Shown here in pieces: positions 36,954-45,191 of a stretch of 61,581 nucleotides of DNA (positions within the stretch are counted from its first letter, which is position 1; the number at the start of each line of letters is the position of its first letter). The notes beneath the pieces are model-generated. The model was not told the DNA's origin, did not search any database, and was given only the letters and a program-made list of their open reading frames with translations. The DNA comes from a virus. Lineage: Duplodnaviria; Caudoviricetes. The DNA is taken from IMG/VR virus record IMGVR_UViG_3300037493_001343, positions 1 through 61,581 of that record; one strand, written 5' to 3'. Both the position numbers and the translations under genes were made by a program.

Positions 36954-38798
36954 ATGTATAGAGAGTTCGTCACCCACAGTTTAACTAATCGGAACAACAT
37001 CGTTCCAATAACCGAAATTAAAAATGAGCCAAGAGACTATGAAGCCTATGCGAGTCTTTTTCAGTATTCATCAGATATCTTTGACTACATTTCAGTTCAA
37101 TCTGGTGTGTCAGGATACAATGGGAAATTGTATTCCAACAGCATATCGTTGGACATCGACAATGCCACCAATAAGTCTGAGGCAAGGAATAGCTTAATCA
37201 AATTGATTCGCCATATCAATAGAGAGTATGGCATTCACCCTGATGATCTAAAGATTTATTTCTCTGGATCTAAAGGTTACCACTTAGAGATACCAGAAGT
37301 TTCTGTAGGTGAGATTAAAGGTTCAGATAACTTGCATAACTACTGCAAAGACTTTGCAACTAAATTAAAACAAGACAGCGGAGTAGAAGACATAGACACC
37401 AAGATCTATGACGCTACTCGTATCTTCCGTTTACCCAACTCGTTAAACTCTAAGTCTAACCTATACAAGATTCCAGTTTCTTACCAAGAGATTATGGAAC
37501 TATCTGACGATCAAGTTAGAGACTTAGCTAAGGAGCCAAGAAGTAATTGGAAGCCTCCTACTGGATATAACCCTAAGTATAACCATAAGTTGTCTGACCT
37601 ATGGAATAGCATTACTTCAAGAGAGGTAGTTGTTTCTTTAGGTGTAGAGAACTTAGAAGGATTCTTTGCTCCTGCTATGGAAGGTAATAGAAATACCCAA
37701 TACTACAAGCAGGCGGTTATGCTATTGGAGAAAGGCCTATACCCAGAAGCTGTATACCAAATCATTCAGAATGCAAACGTAGCATCAGGTAATCCAATAG
37801 ACGAAAGAGAGATTAAGACTATGATGCGCTCAGCATCTGACACCATAGCTAAAAAGAAAGTAGCTAGGAAGGCATCATTCAGACCATTGGTTGATTTCAT
37901 TGAGGATTGGGAGAAAGAGCAAGTAGACGAGACGAGTCCTATATGGACAGGCTTTAAGGTTATTGATAACGACTTGAAAGGAAAGCTTAGAGGCAAGCTT
38001 GTCGTTGTTGCTGGTTACGCAGGTTCTAAGAAGTCTTTATTCTGTCAGCAAGTATTGTTGAAGAATATTAAAGAAGGAAAGCAAGTAGGATTGTATAGTT
38101 CTATGGAGATGAGTCCATCGTCTGTAGTAGATAGAACCATTAACCAATCATTCAACGGATCTTACAAAGGTTCAGTAAGTGAAGCGGTAAGAGAGGCTTA
38201 TAAAATGGAGAAGCAAGGTGCTAGGGACTTTATCCAAAAGCATATTGTTGAGATGTATGGTAGCCGCCTTATGGTTTCTTCTGATGGTTCTATGAACTCG
38301 GACCACTATCGTCAAGCGCTATTGGATACAAGAGAAAGACTTGGCCGTGTAGATATCTTAGTTGTAGATGGGTTGTCAATGATGGAAGGTAGCGAGAGCG
38401 AGTTAGCCTCAGCTAATAAACATACTAAGGAATTAAAGGAACTTGCAATTGAGTTTAACATATCTGTATTCTTAATTGTTCACGCATCAAGAGGTGAGGC
38501 TTTGGACACAAGGGACTTGCGTAATAAGATTAGGGGTAGTGAGAAGGTTATTGACAATAGCGATGCCGCTATATACCTTTCTCAGATTGTAGACCCTGAG
38601 AAGTCTTTTGATAACTTGACCGAGTATAGAAAGGATGTTGGATATATCAGATGTTATAACAAGCGTGGATCTGGAAACTATACAAATGTAGTATATGACT
38701 TTGATGACAATACTTTGTTGATGTCTGAATCGTTTGAAGACCCTAGAACTGTAGAAGTAAAGACTAAAAGTTCTAACGGTGGCGATGGTTGGCTATAA
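36954..38798 (+). CDS. AEP primase(-polymerase) fused to DnaB-like SF4 helicase
   Basis: LDIDN, YFSGSKGYHL, DTKIYDATRIFRLPNS (AEP); EGNRN (PriCT-like); WTGFKVID, GYAGSKKS, SMEMS, VVDGL, LKELAIEFN (helicase). The track starts at GTG 36915 inside a hairpin; ATG 36954 is more plausible. Confidence 0.88.
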   Translation: MYREFVTHSLTNRNNIVPITEIKNEPRDYEAYASLFQYSSDIFDYISVQSGVSGYNGKLYSNSISLDIDNATNKSEARNSLIKLIRHINREYGIHPDDLKIYFSGSKGYHLEIPEVSVGEIKGSDNLHNYCKDFATKLKQDSGVEDIDTKIYDATRIFRLPNSLNSKSNLYKIPVSYQEIMELSDDQVRDLAKEPRSNWKPPTGYNPKYNHKLSDLWNSITSREVVVSLGVENLEGFFAPAMEGNRNTQYYKQAVMLLEKGLYPEAVYQIIQNANVASGNPIDEREIKTMMRSASDTIAKKKVARKASFRPLVDFIEDWEKEQVDETSPIWTGFKVIDNDLKGKLRGKLVVVAGYAGSKKSLFCQQVLLKNIKEGKQVGLYSSMEMSPSSVVDRTINQSFNGSYKGSVSEAVREAYKMEKQGARDFIQKHIVEMYGSRLMVSSDGSMNSDHYRQALLDTRERLGRVDILVVDGLSMMEGSESELASANKHTKELKELAIEFNISVFLIVHASRGEALDTRDLRNKIRGSEKVIDNSDAAIYLSQIVDPEKSFDNLTEYRKDVGYIRCYNKRGSGNYTNVVYDFDDNTLLMSESFEDPRTVEVKTKSSNGGDGWL

Positions 38799-39085
38799 CA
38801 GCCGATTAAATGTCCAGTTTTTTTTCTAATTTACTGGACAAACTGAATGAATATTTTGGAAAAATTCAAGCACTTTTGGTATTTATAATGGAAAGAAATC
38901 ACATTAAAGTATGAATAAATAATAACAAATGGAAAATTCTATCATAAATTTGTAGAAAATAATATTATAATATGATTTATTAACAGTTGCAAAAAATGCA
39001 ACAGTTAAATAACTTGTCTTATAAATAACAAAATGCCAATTTTTGTACCCTATAAGGTAAATTATTGAGCGATAAATAAAATAAT

Positions 39086-39334
39086 ATGAGCGATAAAATG
39101 TGGACACAAACAACGACTAACGACACAATAAAGGAGGACTCTATCGTAGAGGCCATTAGAACCCAATTAAAGGATCGGTCAGATGTAGGCATACGAAAGT
39201 ATAACACAACCCTAGATCGTACAGATTTGAGCCTATTAGATTGGTTAGAACACGCAAAACAAGAGGCTTTAGATTTTGCATTGTATTTGGAAAGAATCAA
39301 ACGAGAAGTTAAGGAGAAAGGATTAGATGGCTAA
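39086..39334 (+). CDS. Small helical phage protein, possibly MazG-like nucleotide pyrophosphatase fold (82 aa)
   Basis: RSDVGIRKYNTTLDR...WLEHAKQEALDFALYLE. Confidence 0.55.
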   Translation: MSDKMWTQTTTNDTIKEDSIVEAIRTQLKDRSDVGIRKYNTTLDRTDLSLLDWLEHAKQEALDFALYLERIKREVKEKGLDG

Positions 39335-39725
39335 GACTCACACAATAGACTTCGGCCCAGTACCTACAAAGGTAGCCATAAGTAAACGCAAGTATGCCTA
39401 CGTAAGTTATAATACGATATACGGAGGGGCTCACTACTCGGTTAGAAAAAAAGTGGTTGACACTATGAAGGAATTTATATTTCCTTTATTCAAAGAATTA
39501 CCCATAATAAAAAAACAAATATCTATAACTATAACTTACTATTCCAAGAGAACAACTTGGGATTTGGACAATCGATGTGGCTTGTGGTGTAAAGTAATCC
39601 TTGACACCTTAAAAACTAAATGGATACAAGAAGACAATGTTAAATATGTTCCTAAAATAAACTATGAATATATAAGAACAGACGACACAAATGATTATAT
39701 AATACTTAAAATCAAAGAGTTATAA
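39327..39725 (+). CDS. RusA-like Holliday junction resolvase
   Basis: DLDN...KVILDTL...IQEDN matches the RusA DxDN...K...D...DD pattern. Confidence 0.7.
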   Translation: MAKTHTIDFGPVPTKVAISKRKYAYVSYNTIYGGAHYSVRKKVVDTMKEFIFPLFKELPIIKKQISITITYYSKRTTWDLDNRCGLWCKVILDTLKTKWIQEDNVKYVPKINYEYIRTDDTNDYIILKIKEL

Positions 39726-39949
39726 TGGGAAAAGTTTATGTAGCAGACGTAATAGTGATCACCCCTGACAAACAGTCTAGGGTAATTCCTAGCGTAGTTA
39801 TGGGGGAAGAAAGGCTTAACGATCCGTATACAAGGGGAAGGATAGTTGAAAAGCTATGTGATCGGAAGACCGCCAAGTTCCAAAAGTACAAGGAGGAATG
39901 CAAGATGTCGGTTGTTGAGGAGACTTTTAGGGAGGTGAATGGGCTATAA
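39725..39949 (+). CDS. Hypothetical protein (74 aa)
   Basis: Coupled to the RusA-like gene (TAATG). Confidence 0.6.
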   Translation: MGKVYVADVIVITPDKQSRVIPSVVMGEERLNDPYTRGRIVEKLCDRKTAKFQKYKEECKMSVVEETFREVNGL

Positions 39950-39955
39950 CTTTCT

Positions 39956-39971
39956 TTGCACTATCATCTTT
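39956..39971 (-). repeat. 16-bp element AAAGATGATAGTGCAA, copy 2
   Basis: ttgcactatcatcttt on the + strand. Confidence 0.85.
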
Positions 39972-39984
39972 ATTTCCTTTTAAA

Positions 39985-39996
39985 GCGTATTATATA
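39985..39996 (+). promoter_or_regulatory. Putative late promoter GCGTATTATATA
   Basis: Exact consensus; the 22-bp context aaagcgtattatataaacaata is identical to that at 51251. Confidence 0.78.
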
Positions 39997-40015
39997 AACA
40001 ATATCAATCAAATTT

Positions 40016-41527
40016 ATGGCAGGAGAATTATCACCAGAGCAAATCGCTAAAGGCTATTACACAGACATTTCTGGAATAGGAACCGCTCTAGACAAAGTTC
40101 AAGAGCAAGAGGCTCTAAGAGCTAAAGCTAAGCAGGCGCAACAAGATAAATTATATCAAGGCATTAAGGATGTTTCTAGTGCATTAGACAATAAATTTAC
40201 AGCAACTGGAACAGCGGCTGACCCAATACTTTTATCTCAAATAAATCAGCTAAAGGGTGATCTTACGCAGGGTATTATGAATGGAAAAATTAGCCCAGCT
40301 TCTGCATATATGTTAGCAAGTACAAAGGTTGCAGATGTAAATAACTTAGCTGGAACTGTTTCTCAATTTAGAACAAATGTAGAGAAGAAAATTGCTGAGA
40401 TAAAAAAGGATAGACCTGAGTTAAACCAAGAGTTATTGACTAACGATGTAATAAAACAAGGAATATTTGATCCTCAAACTGGACAAATAGTTACTCCTAA
40501 TTCTAACTATGACTATGTATCTACGATTCTCGATCAAGACAGGACAGGTAGATATTCAGATAAAAACATAATACATAAACTTAGTGCTGAAGACTTTATC
40601 AAAGCTCCAGGATCTACTTTTACTTTAAATCTTGGTAATGGAATTGAATCTCAAGCTACTGTAAGGCCAGGTCAAAGAGTTGTAAGGAATGAACAAGGTG
40701 GTTTGGGTGTTGATTATGACAGACAAAGAGTTGGTGAATCAATACAAGAAACAACCGTTAAGGAGAAAGGAAAGCCAGTTAAAAGATCAGTAAATGTTGG
40801 CTTATTTGATGGTGCTACAGATGAATTAATTAGTTACTTTGAAGGAAACAGATTAGCAAAAAGAGGCGCATTAATTGAAATGGGAGAGATGGATGAGTAT
40901 GCTGATAACAATCCAGAATATGGAAAAAAATGGAACCCCCTCAATGACCAAGAAAAATACAGGGTTGCTGCATTAAATTATGCTGTTAAACATTTTGGAA
41001 CAGCTGGATCCAAAGTGGAAAGGCCAAGTGTTTCTGCACAAACGCAATTAGCAATGGAACAAGCAAGGTTAGCTAAGTCTTCATCTTCTGAATCTGGAGA
41101 TAAGAAAAACGATTACAGCGGCCTTCTTGATGCAATAAAAATAACCACAGGTGTGGCAGACGCTTTTATAAACGCCCAGGCAACTAACATTGAATTTAAA
41201 GATTTGCAAACCAAAAACGGAAAGACGGTAGTAAATAGAAACATACCAGTTTTAGACTTAACTAATATGGTTAGCAAAGGTCTTGATAAGAATTTAGAAG
41301 ATGGACACGGACATTTAATAAAAGTTTATTTTGATAAGATAGGAAACAAAGTCATCCTTAATTATAAAAATAAAACATCTCCAGAAGATACAGAGGGCGG
41401 CACAACTTATGAGACAAAAGAATTTGATGCTAGCAGTGAGAAAAAAATATTAGAAGCATTTGGCACTGTTGGACAATCAGTTGGCGTTTCTCCATCTAAA
41501 CTCAGAAAACTAATTCAAGGAAAATAA
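40016..41527 (+). CDS. Putative internal virion / ejection protein (503 aa)
   Basis: First gene of a late-promoter operon of large helical proteins. Confidence 0.55.
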   Translation: MAGELSPEQIAKGYYTDISGIGTALDKVQEQEALRAKAKQAQQDKLYQGIKDVSSALDNKFTATGTAADPILLSQINQLKGDLTQGIMNGKISPASAYMLASTKVADVNNLAGTVSQFRTNVEKKIAEIKKDRPELNQELLTNDVIKQGIFDPQTGQIVTPNSNYDYVSTILDQDRTGRYSDKNIIHKLSAEDFIKAPGSTFTLNLGNGIESQATVRPGQRVVRNEQGGLGVDYDRQRVGESIQETTVKEKGKPVKRSVNVGLFDGATDELISYFEGNRLAKRGALIEMGEMDEYADNNPEYGKKWNPLNDQEKYRVAALNYAVKHFGTAGSKVERPSVSAQTQLAMEQARLAKSSSSESGDKKNDYSGLLDAIKITTGVADAFINAQATNIEFKDLQTKNGKTVVNRNIPVLDLTNMVSKGLDKNLEDGHGHLIKVYFDKIGNKVILNYKNKTSPEDTEGGTTYETKEFDASSEKKILEAFGTVGQSVGVSPSKLRKLIQGK

Positions 41528-41528
41528 T

Positions 41529-44500
41529 ATGCCTACAGGATTAAAAAAACTTCTTTTAGACAGAGCATCAAATCAAGATAAAAATGCATCTAGTTTAAAA
41601 GATATATATGGTCAAAGCAGCGAAAGCATTGCTCCTATTGCTCTTGGAACAGATAAGCTTTCTAGTGCTATTATATCTCAAAGACAAAAACAAGACGAAG
41701 AAGGAGCCAAAATAGAGTTTGGGTCATTAACATCTTCTGAAAAACAAAACAAAGCTCAATTATCAATAAATGAGTTGAAAAAAGTAATTCAAACTCAAGG
41801 ATTAAAAGAGAAAGAAACAAACACAAGAACTGAAGATGCAATACTAAGAGCAAATGTAATAAATAAAATAAAAAATGCGTATCCTGACTTTACCGAAAGT
41901 GAAGTAAACAAATATGTAAATTCTTATCTTCCAGACGAAAAGAAAAAATATAATGAGTTTTTAAATCAAGAAACTGTAAAAGTAAAAAAGGAATTAGATC
42001 CTTATACCCTTTCTAGGCAATCTGGTGCATTTGGTCAACTAAGTGAAGTAGAGGCTCAAAGAAAAGGCGCTAATGAAAACATAGGAATGTTCCGAGTTGG
42101 CCCTAAAGAAACAAATGTTGGGGCATATTCTATTCCTGACAAGAAATTTGATTATAGCCAAATATATGACGTAGTTAACGGAAAGCCTCAATTCAATGAG
42201 AAGTTTCTTAATGAAGTTGCAAGACAAAGAGTTTTATCAAACTACCAAGTTCCTGCATCTGAAATAGCTAAGAATCTTGTAGAAGGAAAAATAAATAATT
42301 ATAAGTACGGTTTTACAGACGCTCAAGAGCAATACAATAATTTTATTGATGAGGCTAATAAAAACGGAATACTAGGAAAGTCAACAATATTTGTAGACCA
42401 AGTAGGAAAGAAGGCGTTAAGTGCATTTCATACAATAGCAAGGTATGCAGAGGGATTGGCTGGAGAGGCTGGTCTTAGCGTTGACGGAATGCCTAGATCT
42501 ATTATGGATGCGGCAGAGTATTCAAGAAAAGATAGACAAAAGGAAAAACAAATATATAACCCAGAGGTTCAAAAAGGTTTAGCAGCACAGCTAGGTGGTG
42601 CTATTGGTACTCAAATACCTATGATACTTGGAACCATTGCTACTGGCGGTGGATCAGCATTAGTTGAAGGTGAATTAGAAGCGGCTACTGCTTCTTTAGG
42701 AGGAATAAAAAGTGCTGTTGTAGGAACTGCAATGAGATCTGGTCTTGCTGAATCTGGAATAGGAAAATTTGGATTAGATGCAACAGCTAACGTACTAAGA
42801 GGATTAAATGCAGGATTAAAAGGTGCACAAAAAGTAGGACTAGGTGGAGTTGCTGACAACTTTATTACTACGTTCCCAACTTTCTTTCCAACAGTCCATT
42901 CATCTTACTACGAAGAATTATATAATAAAGGATATAGAGGTGAAGAGCTAGAGCAAAAAGCTTGGCAACGATCTTTAATATCTATGGCTACAGAATCACT
43001 GTATAACCCATTTCATAATATTGGCTCAATAGGACAAGGAAATGTAGTTGAGTCGGTGTTGAATGCTTCTAAGAAAAGCTGGCCAGACACTTTGTTAAAA
43101 CTTGGAAAGGCAGCTGTTAAATCAGGCGCTCCAGAAGGTTTTGAAGAAGTTGTAAATAAAGTTGCTGATGACTGGCAAGACTATAATGATTACACATCAA
43201 TAAACGGAAAGGATTCAGCTAAGTTTAATCTATCTCAATCCATTTTAAGCTCTGGAAACGACTTCTTAGTTGGATCGTTAGCTGGTGTTATTATGGGTGG
43301 ACCAGTAGAAGCCCTTAATCTTATCCATAGACCAATGCAAGCAGATGCTTTGGATTTTGCTATGACTAATAAAGAGGAGTACAATAAAGCTTTAGAAGAG
43401 AGTGTAGCTAAAAAGAAAATAACTCCAGAGGTTGCTAAAACTCTTAAATCTTTTACTGAAACCTTATCTCCTTATTATGATAAAGCAAAAAACAAAGGTT
43501 TAACTGGTCCTGCTGCAGCACAATATGCAATTGAAAATGCAAGATTAAACGAAGCTGTAACTAATTTACAAAAGCCTACAACTAGCCCTTTAGAGTCAAA
43601 ATACTTAACCAATGTAATAGGTAAGGCAAATACAAGTATAAAGGCTTTGGAAAACGGAGTGTTTACTGGCAATGCTTTAGTTGGTGCTGAAGAGATTGGA
43701 AGAATGGTTGAGTCTCAAACTCCATATGGAAAGTTAACTAAAGAGCAAGTAGATGCAATAGCATCAAACGGATTATATGAGGTTAAATCAATACCTATTG
43801 TATCTAACCCTAAGACTATTGCCCCTAAAAATGAAGATGGAACATTTGATAACACAATACCTTTCTTGGCTCAACAAATAAGAAACAAAGAGGTTGCCGT
43901 TGAAAATCCAAATGGTTTACTTCCTATACTTGATAGTAACGGAAGAATAATAGATGGAAAGAAAAGAATAGCAGCTGCTTTAGCTTTAGGACAAACAGAA
44001 ATGGATGTTATGGTTCCTGTTGCTCCAGATAAAGTAAACTCAATAGTTGCAGATGCACTTAATACGTCTATAGGTACAACATTAGATCCAAATAAAATAA
44101 GTGATTTATCACCTGAAGATCAAATGATTGTAAAATCAATATCTAAAGAATTTGATAATTACAGAGAAATAGAGAGAGCAAAAGCTGAAGAGCAAGGTGA
44201 TTTTGAATCTAACTTAAAAGGTTCAGCGTTCCCTATAGAGAATGTTGCCCAACAATTAAAGCCTATGTATTGGGCTATAAACCAATTGGTTTCAAATGGT
44301 ATAGCTCCAGAGCAAATACCTAGCATAGTTTCTGCTATGACTGGTTCTGCTGTAACACCTGCAATGGTAGATGCTGTTATTAAGTCTCAAAATATAACAC
44401 CAGCTGAAAGGCCTATTACTTCAACAGTTGCACCTACAGTTCCTGGAGTTGCTCCTGCAGAAGTTGCCACAGCAACAAGCGTAGCGGATCAAATTAGAAA

Positions 44501-44669
44501 TCTAACTGCTCAATTAGATGAGGGCGGATTATCTAAAAGCGAAGCTAGAGAAGTTAAAAAACAAATAACAGAGCTTAAAAAATCCGATAAAATTAGTAAC
44601 TTTACAAAAATAGTCAATGAGCTAGAAAGAAAAGGTATAGCCCAAAGACTTGATAAAAACTGTCCATAA
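41529..44669 (+). CDS. Putative ejection protein (1046 aa) with G/A-rich membrane-active segments and a ParB/Srx-like domain
   Basis: LGGAIGTQIPMILGTIATGGG, EGFEEVVN and FLVGSLAGVIMGG; PILDSNGRIIDGKKRIAAALALG. Confidence 0.6.
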   Translation: MPTGLKKLLLDRASNQDKNASSLKDIYGQSSESIAPIALGTDKLSSAIISQRQKQDEEGAKIEFGSLTSSEKQNKAQLSINELKKVIQTQGLKEKETNTRTEDAILRANVINKIKNAYPDFTESEVNKYVNSYLPDEKKKYNEFLNQETVKVKKELDPYTLSRQSGAFGQLSEVEAQRKGANENIGMFRVGPKETNVGAYSIPDKKFDYSQIYDVVNGKPQFNEKFLNEVARQRVLSNYQVPASEIAKNLVEGKINNYKYGFTDAQEQYNNFIDEANKNGILGKSTIFVDQVGKKALSAFHTIARYAEGLAGEAGLSVDGMPRSIMDAAEYSRKDRQKEKQIYNPEVQKGLAAQLGGAIGTQIPMILGTIATGGGSALVEGELEAATASLGGIKSAVVGTAMRSGLAESGIGKFGLDATANVLRGLNAGLKGAQKVGLGGVADNFITTFPTFFPTVHSSYYEELYNKGYRGEELEQKAWQRSLISMATESLYNPFHNIGSIGQGNVVESVLNASKKSWPDTLLKLGKAAVKSGAPEGFEEVVNKVADDWQDYNDYTSINGKDSAKFNLSQSILSSGNDFLVGSLAGVIMGGPVEALNLIHRPMQADALDFAMTNKEEYNKALEESVAKKKITPEVAKTLKSFTETLSPYYDKAKNKGLTGPAAAQYAIENARLNEAVTNLQKPTTSPLESKYLTNVIGKANTSIKALENGVFTGNALVGAEEIGRMVESQTPYGKLTKEQVDAIASNGLYEVKSIPIVSNPKTIAPKNEDGTFDNTIPFLAQQIRNKEVAVENPNGLLPILDSNGRIIDGKKRIAAALALGQTEMDVMVPVAPDKVNSIVADALNTSIGTTLDPNKISDLSPEDQMIVKSISKEFDNYREIERAKAEEQGDFESNLKGSAFPIENVAQQLKPMYWAINQLVSNGIAPEQIPSIVSAMTGSAVTPAMVDAVIKSQNITPAERPITSTVAPTVPGVAPAEVATATSVADQIRNLTAQLDEGGLSKSEAREVKKQITELKKSDKISNFTKIVNELERKGIAQRLDKNCP

Positions 44670-45169
44670 TGAAACCATTTAAACTAGAGGCTCCAGTAGT
44701 AAGCCTAATTGAAAAAACAATACTTGAAGAGTATAATGCTCAGTATTTTTACCAAGCAGCTGCTAACTGGTGTAATGAAATCGGCTATATGAATGCTGGT
44801 AAATTCTTTCAAGCAGAATCTAACGATGAGCTAACACACTCTCAAGGACTTCAAGAATACTTGGTTAGTTGGAATGTAGTTCCAATGTTGCCTAATATTC
44901 CTAAACCTCAATGTGAGTTTAAAACTCTTCCTGAAATTTTAGAGAATGCTTACAAAATGGAGTATGACTTATATGAAGTGTACGAAGAAATATCTAGCAA
45001 AATATTTAAAATGGAAGATATTTGTACTTTTGACTTCTTAAAAAAATACAGAGAGATCCAAAGACTTGCAGTTGCTGAATATAGCGACTTCTTAAATAAA
45101 CTTGAGTTGATTGATGTAAACAATAAACTTAGTGTTTATCTATTTGAAAAAGAAGAGTTCGAAAACTAA
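44669..45169 (+). CDS. Ferritin (non-haem, FtnA-like), 166 aa
   Basis: EEYNAQYFY, FFQAESNDELTH, AYKMEY, TFDFL...EIQ give the four-helix ferroxidase E/Y/E/H/E/Q ligand pattern. Confidence 0.88.
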   Translation: MKPFKLEAPVVSLIEKTILEEYNAQYFYQAAANWCNEIGYMNAGKFFQAESNDELTHSQGLQEYLVSWNVVPMLPNIPKPQCEFKTLPEILENAYKMEYDLYEVYEEISSKIFKMEDICTFDFLKKYREIQRLAVAEYSDFLNKLELIDVNNKLSVYLFEKEEFEN

Positions 45170-45191
45170 TTAATAATTTTTAACCATAATT

